DNA of 64,000 bases, from NCBI GenBank assembly GCA_013178305.1, contig JABLXB010000001.1, positions 140,203-204,202 on the forward strand, read 5' to 3'. Below, piece by piece: positions 19,374-27,777 of the stretch (position 1 is its first letter; the number at the start of each line of letters is the position of its first letter). A model generated the notes under the pieces. That model was not told the DNA's origin. It saw only the letters and a list, made by a program, of their open reading frames with translations, and did not search any database. Origin of the DNA: Bacillota bacterium (GTDB lineage Bacteria > Bacillota > Sulfobacillia > JABLXB01). The position numbers were made by a program, and so were the translations under genes.

Positions 19374-19541
19374 TCACCTCTGCCTTATGTACCTCGTCGA
19401 GAGAAGGTAACCGGTTATCGCACCGGCCATGCAGCCCAGCACGGTGAGCCCTGGAAAACCGAAGAAGCGGATGGTAAACCTGCCCAGCAACGCCCCCGCA
19501 ATGGAGCCGAGGGTCACGAGAACGGCCCTGTTGGAGATCAT
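19374..19541 (-). CDS. small hydrophobic protein (55 aa), not in the ORF track
   Basis: ATG at 19541 with a GGAGG RBS 8 nt upstream. Translation is MISNRAVLVTLGSIAGALLGRFTIRFFGFPGLTVLGCMAGAITGYLLSTRYIRQR. It begins 20 nt after the copA stop. Confidence 0.3.
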   Translation of the reverse strand: MISNRAVLVTLGSIAGALLGRFTIRFFGFPGLTVLGCMAGAITGYLLSTRYIRQR

Positions 19542-19560
19542 CCCTGGCTTATCCTCCGTT

Positions 19561-21906
19561 TCAGCGGGACGGCCGCCGGAGCGTGCCCGAGGGGTTGTAT
19601 CGCCTGAGGCGCAGGGAGTTGGTCACCACCGACACGGAACTCGCCGCCATGGCCGCACCCGCGATTATCGGGCTCAGCTTGCCCAGCGCGGCCACGGGTA
19701 TTCCGACGGTATTGTATACGAACGCCCAGAAAAGGTTCTGCTTGATCGTCCTCATCGTCGCCCTGGACAGCCGGATGGCGCGGACAACGCCCCTCAGGTC
19801 CCCGCTTATCAGGGTGATCCCGGCAGCCTCCATGGCGACGTCCATCCCCGTCCCGATCGCGATGCCTATATCCGCGGTGGCCAGCGCGGGGGCGTCGTTT
19901 ATGCCGTCCCCCACCATGGCCACGATCTCGCCGCGGCGCTTGAGCTCCTCGACCTTACCCGCCTTGTCCCCGGGGAGCACCTCCGCGATGACCTCATCGA
20001 TCCCGGCCTGTGCCGCTATGGCGCGCGCGGTGCGGCGGTTGTCCCCCGTAAGCATCATCACCTTGACGCCCATCGAACGGAGTTCATCCACCGCGGCGCG
20101 GGCTTCGTCCTTCAGCGTGTCGGCCACGGCCACGACTCCGGCCGGCGCCCCGTCCATCGCGAGGACGATCGCGGTCTTGCCCTGCTCCTCGAGCGCGATC
20201 ACGTGGGGCTCGAGCGGTTCCATGCCTATCCCCGCATCGCGCATGAGCGCGCGATTACCCGCCAGCACCTGCCGCGCGGTGGCGTTTGACGAGACCGTCG
20301 CCCTGACGCCCTGGCCGGGTATGGCCACGAAGTCCACAGGTTCTCGAACCTCGATACCCTGTGAACGGGCGTATTCCACGATGGCTACCCCGAGCGGGTG
20401 CTCGGACCCCCGCTCCGCGGAGGCGGTAAGTTCGAGCAGTGTGGAGCGGTCCAGCGGTTCGAGCGTGACGACGTCCGTGACGGAAGGCTGCCCGCGTGTC
20501 AGAGTGCCGGTCTTGTCCAGCACCACGACCGTCACCTTGTGGGCGCGCTCCAGGTGCTCTCCTCCCCTGATGAGGATACCCATCTCCGCGCCGCGCCCTG
20601 TGCCCACCATTATCGCGGTCGGAGTGGCGAGACCCAGCGCGCACGGGCACGCGATCACGAGCACCGCGGTCATCGACAGCAGAGACCTCGTGACGTCCCC
20701 CGTCACGATGAACCACGCGACAAACGTCACCGCGGCAACGCCCAGGACCGCCGGAACGAAGTACGCCGCCACGGTATCGGCGATGCGCTGGATGGGGGCT
20801 TTCGACCCCTGCGCCTCCTCGACGAGGGCGATGATCCTGGCGAGCGCCGTGTCGCGGCCGACCTTTTGCGCTTCGAACGTAAACGAGCCGTGCTTGTTGA
20901 TAGTACCCCCGATTACCTCGCTCCCCGGTGACTTCTCGACGGGTATGCTCTCGCCGGTGAGCATGCTCTCGTCAACCGCGGAATGGCCGCTCACCACTAC
21001 CCCGTCGACAGGTATCCTCTCTCCCGGCCTCACAAGGACGTGGTCGCCCGGGCGCACCTCCTCGACCGGGACCTGCACCTCCTGGCCGCCCCTGATCACC
21101 GTCGCGCGGCGTGGCTGCAGGCCCATGAGCTTCTTTATCGCCTCCGAGGTGCGGCCCTTGGCGATCGCCTCCAGAAGCTTGCCCAGCACGACCAGCGTGA
21201 GTATCGTTGCGGACGCCTCGTAGTACATGTGGCCTTCGATGAAGAACGTGGTGGCCACGCTGTAGAAGTAGGCGGCCGACGTGCCCACTGCCACGAGCAC
21301 GTCCATGTTGGCGGCCCCGTGAATCAGGCTGAGCCATCCCCGCCTGTAGAACTGCCAGCCCACGATGCCCTGCACGAGGGTACCGAAGGCGAACTGCAGC
21401 CTGGCGTCCTCCAGGAAACGGAATACGTGGACGCCCAACAGGTGGCCGAACATCGGAAGAATCAAGGGGACCGTGAGAGCGGCCGAAAAAGCGAATGTCG
21501 CAGTCTGGATTCTGATCTCTCGCTCGCGCTCGGCCCGCTCGGCGTCGGCGGGGCTCCTCGACGGCTCTCCTGTCTCCCCGCGCGCCGCGGCGCCGGCCTC
21601 TCCCGAGGGCCGGTCCGCGTCCTGCGCCCTGTAGCCGAGCTTGCGCACCGACTCGAGCAGTGGCTCCAGCGGCGTGCCTGGCAAGACGTCTACCGAAGCC
21701 CGCTCTGTAGCGAGGTTGACCACCGCCCCGATCACGCCGGGCTGCCTGTTGAGCTCCTTTTCGATCCTCGCTGCGCAGGAAGCGCAGGACATCCCGCCTA
21801 GCAGGATGTTCAGCCGTTCCGTGCGCACCTTCGCCACGCCGGCCTCGCCGTCACGGACCACTTCGTCTCCGCCGGTTGTTGCGTGTGTGCGTTCCATACG
21901 GAACAC
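19561..21906 (-). CDS. copA: copper-translocating P1B-type ATPase
   Basis: N-terminal heavy-metal-associated motif [12 protein letters not shown], the CPC transmembrane motif, DKTGTLT phosphorylation site and a GDGINDAP hinge. Confidence 0.9.
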   Translation of the reverse strand: MFRMERTHATTGGDEVVRDGEAGVAKVRTERLNILLGGMSCASCAARIEKELNRQPGVIGAVVNLATERASVDVLPGTPLEPLLESVRKLGYRAQDADRPSGEAGAAARGETGEPSRSPADAERAEREREIRIQTATFAFSAALTVPLILPMFGHLLGVHVFRFLEDARLQFAFGTLVQGIVGWQFYRRGWLSLIHGAANMDVLVAVGTSAAYFYSVATTFFIEGHMYYEASATILTLVVLGKLLEAIAKGRTSEAIKKLMGLQPRRATVIRGGQEVQVPVEEVRPGDHVLVRPGERIPVDGVVVSGHSAVDESMLTGESIPVEKSPGSEVIGGTINKHGSFTFEAQKVGRDTALARIIALVEEAQGSKAPIQRIADTVAAYFVPAVLGVAAVTFVAWFIVTGDVTRSLLSMTAVLVIACPCALGLATPTAIMVGTGRGAEMGILIRGGEHLERAHKVTVVVLDKTGTLTRGQPSVTDVVTLEPLDRSTLLELTASAERGSEHPLGVAIVEYARSQGIEVREPVDFVAIPGQGVRATVSSNATARQVLAGNRALMRDAGIGMEPLEPHVIALEEQGKTAIVLAMDGAPAGVVAVADTLKDEARAAVDELRSMGVKVMMLTGDNRRTARAIAAQAGIDEVIAEVLPGDKAGKVEELKRRGEIVAMVGDGINDAPALATADIGIAIGTGMDVAMEAAGITLISGDLRGVVRAIRLSRATMRTIKQNLFWAFVYNTVGIPVAALGKLSPIIAGAAMAASSVSVVTNSLRLRRYNPSGTLRRPSR

Positions 21907-21971
21907 CCCCGAATGTTTGCGACCGGCCCGCTACGCGACTGCATCTGCGATTGCGCCAGGCCCCTGTTAGT

Positions 21972-21988
21972 ATACCCCCCATAGGTAT
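21972..21988. promoter_or_regulatory. CsoR-operator-like GC-rich inverted repeat ATACCCCCCATAGGTAT upstream of copA
   Basis: ATACC-N7-GGTAT pseudo-palindrome about 65-80 nt upstream of the copA start. It resembles known CsoR operators (e.g. B. subtilis copZA ATACCCTACGGGGGTAT). Confidence 0.35.
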
Positions 21989-22117
21989 TTCGCTTACATC
22001 TTACTCCACCGGAGCTCCGGAGTCAAATCCATCAGACAGCCCACCGCACCGCTTGTCGAACGGAAATGGTTGCGGACGCCGATGTGCGATGTATACTTAG
22101 ATGTAGGAGGTGGGCTC

Positions 22118-22387
22118 TTGGAGCGGATGGTGAGGAAACAACTATACATCACCTCGGAACACGAGTCGAAGCTGAAGTCAAAGTCGAGCGAGACCGGGGT
22201 GAGTGAGGGAGAAATCGTCAGGGAGGCACTGTCGAGATACCTGGACTCCTCCATTCCCCGGAAGCAAGGGCTCTCCAACTGGGAAGACGAGATGGCCTTC
22301 ATCAAGTCACTTCAAGCGAAGGGCCCAGTTCCCGGAGGCCGCACCTGGAAGAGGGAGGAACTCTATGACAGGCCCCGCACTGATTGA
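22118..22387 (+). CDS. vapB: ribbon-helix-helix (CopG-like) antitoxin of a VapBC pair
   Basis: The segment LYITSEHESKLKSKSSETGVSEGEIVREALSRYL fits an RHH fold. TTG 22118 lies after a GGAGGTG RBS. The ORF overlaps the PIN gene start by 23 nt. Confidence 0.55.
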   Translation: MERMVRKQLYITSEHESKLKSKSSETGVSEGEIVREALSRYLDSSIPRKQGLSNWEDEMAFIKSLQAKGPVPGGRTWKREELYDRPRTD

Positions 22388-22790
22388 CTCAAACATCCTG
22401 GTATACGCGTACGACCGATCGGAGATGGAGAGGAGCCTCGTGGCGAGTGACGTGATTAACAACCTCGCCCGGACCGGCTTGTTGATACTCAGTTCGCAGG
22501 TTCTTGCCGAGTTCTTCGTGGCGGCCACACGGCGTATTCGTCACCCGCTCACGGCGTCCGAGGCTACCCGGTCTGTCCTGCGCTACGCGGCCGACTTCCC
22601 CGTCGTAGCCATCACCGGGCCAATTGTGCGCGAGGCCCTTAGAGGAGTGGCGTCTTATGGTCTTAGCTACTGGGACGCTCAGGTGTGGGCCACGGCCCGG
22701 CTCAACCAGATTGAAACCATTGTTACGGAAGATGTGCCGTCGCAGGACGAGATCGAGGGGGTCAGGTATGAGAATCCATTCGAGCATTGA
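22365..22790 (+). CDS. vapC: PIN-domain toxin
   Basis: MTGPALIDSNILVYAYD ... TEDVPSQDE carries the characteristic PIN acidic residues. ATG 22365 has a GAGGGAGG RBS. Confidence 0.65.
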   Translation: MTGPALIDSNILVYAYDRSEMERSLVASDVINNLARTGLLILSSQVLAEFFVAATRRIRHPLTASEATRSVLRYAADFPVVAITGPIVREALRGVASYGLSYWDAQVWATARLNQIETIVTEDVPSQDEIEGVRYENPFEH

Positions 22791-22893
22791 CGACGGCCGG
22801 CGACCTCAGTGGCACGAAAAGAAGAGGGCGGCTCGGCTATCCCGCCCCCTCCTGGACCATGAGCCCCGCTTCAGTTTCCGGTGGACGAACCCC

Positions 22894-23718
22894 CTAGGTT
22901 GTACCTGATCCACTTGGCGCCTGAGCCGGAGGTTCCTCCTGGTCCTGCGCGGGGTCATCAGGGTACTCCTCGAGCGGCTGGTCCCCCACTACCACAGTAC
23001 CCGAGTCATTGTCGAAATCGACTTCGCAGCCGAGCGCCTGAGCGATGAACCTGAGGGGGATGACCGTCCTGCCGTTGATCGACTTCGGGGGGACGTCCAG
23101 CTCGACCGGCTGCTCATTCACCAGCGCGGTCCTCGTTTCGAGCTGCAACCTGACTACCGTGTCACCCTTGGAGATGACTACCGTGCGGGTCTCGGCCTGC
23201 CACTCGACCGTCGCGCCCAGCGCTTCGACGAGGGCACGGACGGGGACCAGCGTCCTGCCGTCCTTGATGACGGGCGGCACGTCGAACGAGGGCTTCTTCC
23301 CGTTGACGAACACTTTGAGCGACCGGTCACCTTTCTGCGTGTAGACCCTGTACATGTTCGTATACAGGTTACGGTTCCGCGGATCGATCTCGATCGCCTT
23401 TTGCAGCGCCTCGAGGGTTTGGGCGGTATCCCCGGCGTCCTCGTGCATCCGGGCAAGTTCTTTCAGCGCGTGAACGCTGTCCGGGTGCTCGGAGAGGTAC
23501 TTCTTTAGCCCCTCCAGGGCTGCGGCGCGGTTCACGGCCGCTTTGATCATCTCCTTCACCTGAGCACGATCCCTTGCCTTTTCCCGGTCCCTCTCCTGCG
23601 TCCTGTCCTGCTCCGCATCGGAGGAGTTGGTCTGCGGGGCCGCAGCTGCAGCCGACCCCGCAACCAACACGGTGACGAGTATCACCGCCAGCACCGCAAA
23701 GCCAGTCGTCCTCTTCAT
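22894..23718 (-). CDS. secreted protein with signal peptide, TPR-like helical region and a C-terminal copper-amine-oxidase N-terminal-like (stalk) domain; paralog A
   Basis: Start at MKRTTGFAVLAVILV (GAGGAGG RBS). The C-terminus SLKVFVNGKKPSFDVPPVIKDGRTLVPVRALVEALGATVEWQ is about 80% identical to the 24622..25681 product. Confidence 0.7.
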   Translation of the reverse strand: MKRTTGFAVLAVILVTVLVAGSAAAAAPQTNSSDAEQDRTQERDREKARDRAQVKEMIKAAVNRAAALEGLKKYLSEHPDSVHALKELARMHEDAGDTAQTLEALQKAIEIDPRNRNLYTNMYRVYTQKGDRSLKVFVNGKKPSFDVPPVIKDGRTLVPVRALVEALGATVEWQAETRTVVISKGDTVVRLQLETRTALVNEQPVELDVPPKSINGRTVIPLRFIAQALGCEVDFDNDSGTVVVGDQPLEEYPDDPAQDQEEPPAQAPSGSGTT

Positions 23719-23761
23719 AGTCCCATACCTCCTCGTTCTTGATCCCGGCGGTCTCACTCAT

Positions 23762-23794
23762 CTCATACGCGGAACCGATGATATTTTGGGGGGT
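23762..23794 (-). promoter_or_regulatory. SigI-type promoter (-35 ACCCCCC, 18-nt spacer, -10 CGTATGA) for paralog A
   Basis: The minus strand reads TACCCCCCAAAATATCATCGGTTCCGCGTATGAG, matching the SigI consensus of a poly-C -35 with a CGWA -10. Confidence 0.5.
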
Positions 23795-23827
23795 ACCCAC
23801 CGAAGCGCGCGGGCCCCATCGTATTGA
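23795..23827 (+). promoter_or_regulatory. SigI-type promoter (-35 ACCCACC, 18-nt spacer, -10 CGTATTGA) for sigI, back-to-back with the previous element
   Basis: ACCCACC GAAGCGCGCGGGCCCCAT CGTATTGA lies immediately upstream of the sigI RBS (GTGAGGGG). The leader would be very short. Confidence 0.35.
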
Positions 23828-23837
23828 TAGGTGAGGG

Positions 23838-24512
23838 GTGGGTGTGGAAGCTGGCCTGGGCACCGACATCTCGAGAATAAAGGAAGACAGGCGCCTGCGG
23901 GACTCCTTCCTGGAATCCCACCGGGAGTTCGTAAGGAGATACGCGTCGTTTGTGTCGCATCGCCCGTTAAATTGGGAGAACGATGACGAACTCAGCGTGG
24001 GCCTGATCGCCCTGAACGACGCGATAGACTCGTACGACCCGCGCGCCGGAGTGGGTTTCCTGAGCTACGCGAAGGTGCTCATACGTCGGCGCCTGATCGA
24101 CCAGTTCAGGAAATCGGCCGCGCTGGACGTCGAAGGGCCGCTGGAAGACGACATGCGGGTTGCCGCCCGGACCGCCCCGGATGATGAGGAAAGACTCGAG
24201 CGGGCGTACGAGATGTCGTGTTTCGAGCAGCGCATGGCGGAGTTCGGGATAACCCTGAACGATCTTGTAAGAAACTCTCCCAGTCACCGGCCGACCCGAC
24301 AGACGCTGATGCAGGTAGCGCTGGCGGCCTACAGGTGTCCGGAAATCGTGCAGCGACTGCGCACAACAGGGCAACTTCCACTGAAGGAGATCCAGATGAT
24401 AACGGGTTGCAGCCGGAAGGTGCTCGAAACCTGGCGCAAGTATCTAATCTCTCTCATCGTCATCCTCACCGAAGACGAGCTCGAAGGCACACGGGAGTTC
24501 ATATTTGGGTAG
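23838..24512 (+). CDS. sigI: RNA polymerase sigma factor SigI
   Basis: LIALNDAIDSYDPRAGVGFLSYAKVLIRRRLIDQFRK aligns with B. subtilis SigI region 2, and the length is right. Start is GTG 23838 or GTG 23844. Confidence 0.8.
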   Translation: MGVEAGLGTDISRIKEDRRLRDSFLESHREFVRRYASFVSHRPLNWENDDELSVGLIALNDAIDSYDPRAGVGFLSYAKVLIRRRLIDQFRKSAALDVEGPLEDDMRVAARTAPDDEERLERAYEMSCFEQRMAEFGITLNDLVRNSPSHRPTRQTLMQVALAAYRCPEIVQRLRTTGQLPLKEIQMITGCSRKVLETWRKYLISLIVILTEDELEGTREFIFG

Positions 24513-24621
24513 CCGTCGCAGGCGCAGGTGGGTCGTTCTGAAACCGCCAAAGCCCGGGCGTGCATGAAGAGGGCGGCGTCTTCACAGCCGCCGCCCTCTT
24601 CATGTTGCCCCCAATTCTGCG

Positions 24622-25681
24622 CTACTGCCCTTCGCCAACCATGACCATCCCTGACGCCCCGTCATAACTGATTTGATACTTCAGCGCCTCTCCAACGAAC
24701 CTCAGCGGGACTACAGTCCGGCCGTTCAACGACTCGGCTGGTACGTCCAGTTCCAGAGTCTTCCCGTTCACAAGGGCCGTCCTGGACTCCAGTTGCAGCC
24801 GGATCACCGTGTCACCTTTCGATATGATTACCTCGCGGGTCTGCGCCTGCCACTCCACGGTCGCCCCCAGCGCCTCGCTGACTGCCCTCACCGGGACAAG
24901 CGTCCTACCATCCTTGATGACGGGCGGCTGGTCGAAAGCCGGCCTCTTCCCGTTCACGAACACTTTCAGGGATTTCTCGCCCATCTTCGCATACAACCTT
25001 TGCATGTTCCTGTACAGGTTGTGGTTCTTAGGTTCAAAGGCAACCGCCTTCTCCAGAGCCTCTACTGCCTCGTCATCGTCCCCGTTTTCCTCATGGAGTG
25101 TGGCCAGGGCCTTCAGCGCCTCTTCGCTGTCCGCGTGCTCCTTGAGGTACGCCCGCAGCTGTTCCATCGCAGCCAGTCGATTGGCTACTGCGGTTTTAAG
25201 CATTCCCTCCACTTGCGCCTGCTCTTGTTCCTCTTCCTTTCCCTCCTTCAGATCCTCCAGCAGTTCCTTGGCTTCCTCCAGGCCGGGGTTCTCCTTTGCA
25301 TACTTCTCGGCATCTGCAATGGCCTCATCCAGATTGCCCGCCTTCGCCAGGGCCTCGATCGCCCTCAACCGTTCGCGGACGTTCTCCTGGAGCGTGGCCC
25401 ATTCCTTCTCGCGCTCACGCGCCTTTTCCGCTGCTTCCTCAGCTTCCTCGTCGACCTCACCGTCGTCCTCATCATGGGCGGCACCGTCGTCCTCATCATG
25501 GGCGGCATCGTCGTCCTCATCATGGGCGGCATCGTCGTCCTCATCATGGGCGGCATCGTCGTCCTCATCATGGGCGGCCTGAGGTTTGCCCAGCGCCTCC
25601 GCCGAGCATAACCCGTACGATCCAGCCATCGACGCCAGCAAGAGCACGCCTACGAGCACAAGTACAATCGCCTTCTTCATT
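24622..25681 (-). CDS. secreted protein with signal peptide, acidic His-containing tandem repeats, TPR-like region and a C-terminal copper-amine-oxidase N-terminal-like domain; paralog B
   Basis: Start at MKKAIVLVLVGVLLLASMAGSYG (perfect AAGGAGG RBS). Contains (AAHDEDDD)x5 and a C-terminus paralogous to 22894..23718. Confidence 0.7.
25461..25578. repeat. 24-bp tandem repeat, about 4.9 copies (CGTCGTCCTCATCATGGGCGGCAY), inside the paralog B gene
   Basis: Read directly. It encodes AAHDEDDD repeats on the minus strand. Confidence 0.85.
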
Positions 25682-25785
25682 TTCGTTGCCTCCTTGTGAA
25701 GACTGACTACGCCTTCCTGCCAGAAACCGAGATGCTTGAGCCATTCCGCCAGCCGGCTGAAATCGCTCACCGGTCTTTTGATAAA

Positions 25786-25818
25786 TAAATACGGATTGTA
25801 GGCGTTGAATTGGGGGGT
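25786..25818 (-). promoter_or_regulatory. SigI-type promoter (-35 ACCCCCC, 18-nt spacer, -10 CGTATTTA) for paralog B
   Basis: The minus strand reads ACCCCCCAATTCAACGCCTACAATCCGTATTTA, about 100 nt upstream of the start codon. Confidence 0.5.
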
Positions 25819-25851
25819 ACCCACCAATACGTTGCGGTCCCTTCGTATTAG
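25819..25851 (+). promoter_or_regulatory. SigI-type promoter (-35 ACCCACC, 18-nt spacer, -10 CGTATTAG) for rsgI
   Basis: ACCCACC AATACGTTGCGGTCCCTT CGTATTAG, followed by a GTGAGGGGG RBS and GTG 25868. Confidence 0.35.
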
Positions 25852-25867
25852 GAAGTGAGGGGGCAGC

Positions 25868-27175
25868 GTGTCTACGAGGCGCTGGACTGAAGAGGTGGCA
25901 GCGGTGCGCTACGACGACATTGGACCGGGTAAAGGGCTGGTCATCAAGGTTCAGGGTAGCGAGTATTACGTTGTGTCCAGGGATTGCCGCTACTTGCGAC
26001 TCAGAGTCCGTGGCGTCGCACCGCGTCCCGGTGACATCGTCTGGCTACCTGCGACTTATCCGTCCCTGGTTCGCATCGCCATCGCAGCCTCCGTCCTACT
26101 GGTGATTGCTCTGGGAACTGCGGCGGTTGCGCTTCAGCGACAACCTGTTGCCTATATCGCTCTCGACATTAACCCAAGCGTCGAGCTAGGGCTCAACCGC
26201 TGGGAGAGGGTTGTGACCACCCGGGCGTTTAACCACGAGGGTTCGCTGCTTCTCAACCAGGTCTCGCTCAATGGGACGGGCATGATCAGCCGTCCGGCAG
26301 GGGAAGCGCTTGCCTCCATCGTTGAAGCCGCTATTGAGCACGGGTTCCTGTCACGTGAAGAAGACAACGTTATTCAAGTCGCGCTGCTGGCCCGGGAACG
26401 CCATTCACAGGCAATGGAGGAAAGTCTGCGAGAGCAGGTAGCGACAGTCTTGGAAAAGCGCGACGTGTCAGCGTATCTCAAGGTAAGAAGGGCCAGCCTT
26501 GAAACGCGAGATGCGGCCCGGAAGGAGAATCTCACGGTGAACGCCCACCTGTTGAAGAAGGAGGTCCAGGCTCAAGGTCTGGGCTCCACCGTGGCGGACT
26601 GGAGCAGACCACCTAAGGAGATTATTCGGAAAGTGGGAACCGGGAGGCTCTTTGATGCTAACGAATTCATAGGACATCACAGGAGCCGTGAGGAGACCAC
26701 AGGTGGTGCAGGGACTCCTCCGGTGTCTCCCGCGAACAGCGTCGGGGAGCCGGGCGCCACCACGGAGCCGATTCACGGTCGCGATCGCGCCGGGAAGAAC
26801 GACCCGACGGTCCCGCGACGTTCGCCCAAGAGGCCCAGCGGCAGCAGCGGCACGGTCAGGACCGGGGTGAAGCCCGGCTCTCAACCTGAGGCGGGCGACG
26901 CCAATCGTAGCCCCGCCGCTGGCAATACCGATTCGGGGACAGGGACACCCGTAGCGCCATCAACGCCAGCGCCGACTCCGCACGCGCCAGAGCAGCTGCC
27001 TCCGGGGCAACCTCCAGCGGGACAGTCTCCGGCAGGGCCACAACAGGAAGACGGCAAAAGCACGAACCCGGAGGCCCCGTCCTGGGAATACGACGAGAAC
27101 GAGGAAGAAGAACCGCACGAGGATGAGGATAAGGATGACAGCCCGTCACGAAGAGGGAAACCGGGCGGCAATTGA
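25868..27175 (+). CDS. rsgI: anti-sigma-I factor RsgI (N-terminal RsgI_N domain, single TM, extracytoplasmic domain, then a long Pro/Gly/Ser/Thr-rich tail)
   Basis: N-terminus YDDIGPGKGLVIKVQGSEYYVVSRDCRYLRLRVRGVAPRPGDIVWL matches RsgI_N. The TM helix is LVRIAIAASVLLVIALGTAAVAL. The region after the TM helix begins YIALDINPSVELGLN. Confidence 0.75.
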   Translation: MSTRRWTEEVAAVRYDDIGPGKGLVIKVQGSEYYVVSRDCRYLRLRVRGVAPRPGDIVWLPATYPSLVRIAIAASVLLVIALGTAAVALQRQPVAYIALDINPSVELGLNRWERVVTTRAFNHEGSLLLNQVSLNGTGMISRPAGEALASIVEAAIEHGFLSREEDNVIQVALLARERHSQAMEESLREQVATVLEKRDVSAYLKVRRASLETRDAARKENLTVNAHLLKKEVQAQGLGSTVADWSRPPKEIIRKVGTGRLFDANEFIGHHRSREETTGGAGTPPVSPANSVGEPGATTEPIHGRDRAGKNDPTVPRRSPKRPSGSSGTVRTGVKPGSQPEAGDANRSPAAGNTDSGTGTPVAPSTPAPTPHAPEQLPPGQPPAGQSPAGPQQEDGKSTNPEAPSWEYDENEEEEPHEDEDKDDSPSRRGKPGGN

Positions 27176-27225
27176 GCAGCGCCCGGTTCCTATCTTACGC
27201 GACCCCTGCACGACGCACTGTGCGC

Positions 27226-27777
27226 CTACGCCATCGTGCGTGCCTCCCGGCCGGCGAATTCATATCCGGCGTCAAGCGCCTTCCTGTTCATCTCCAGCGC
27301 GCGCTCATTCGGCGAGTTCTCCTCGAGCGCCTTATAGAGCGCCCCCCTGTCGACCACGGACGTGAGCGCCGCCGCGACACCAACCATGACGACGTTGGCG
27401 ACCCGCGGGTCGCCGAGCGACGCTGCGATGTCATTGACCGGCACGCGAACGACCTTGATGTCCTCGCGGTCGACGGCCTTGCCCACCAGGGACGAGTTGA
27501 CCAGCAGGTAGCCGCCTGGAACGACTGCCCCCACGAACTTATCCAGCGACGGGGCGTTCATCACGACCGCCAGGTTGGGCCGGTTCACGATCGGCGAGCC
27601 TATCCCGGACGTCGACACCACGACCGAGCAATTGGCCGTGCCGCCCCGCATCTCGGGTCCGTAGGATGGGAGCCAGGTGGATTCCTTGCCCTCGAGCATG
27701 CCCGCGTAGGCCATGATCTTGCCCATGAACATCACGCCCTGCCCGCCGAATCCCGCGAAAACGAATTTCTCAAGCAC
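27226..27777 (-). CDS. korC: 2-oxoacid:ferredoxin oxidoreductase gamma subunit
   Basis: 183 aa beginning MLEKFVFAGFGGQGVMFMGKIMAY, the typical POR/KOR gamma N-terminus. Confidence 0.85.
   Translation of the reverse strand: MLEKFVFAGFGGQGVMFMGKIMAYAGMLEGKESTWLPSYGPEMRGGTANCSVVVSTSGIGSPIVNRPNLAVVMNAPSLDKFVGAVVPGGYLLVNSSLVGKAVDREDIKVVRVPVNDIAASLGDPRVANVVMVGVAAALTSVVDRGALYKALEENSPNERALEMNRKALDAGYEFAGREARTMA

Noticed and set aside
22203-22364. Long version of the PIN toxin ORF starting at 22203
   Set aside because: The upstream part overlaps the antitoxin in another frame. The PIN domain starts at MTGPALIDSN with its own RBS.
25461-25578. CRISPR-like regular repeats
   Set aside because: The units are directly tandem with no spacers and lie in frame inside a coding sequence, so this is a coding minisatellite and not a CRISPR array.
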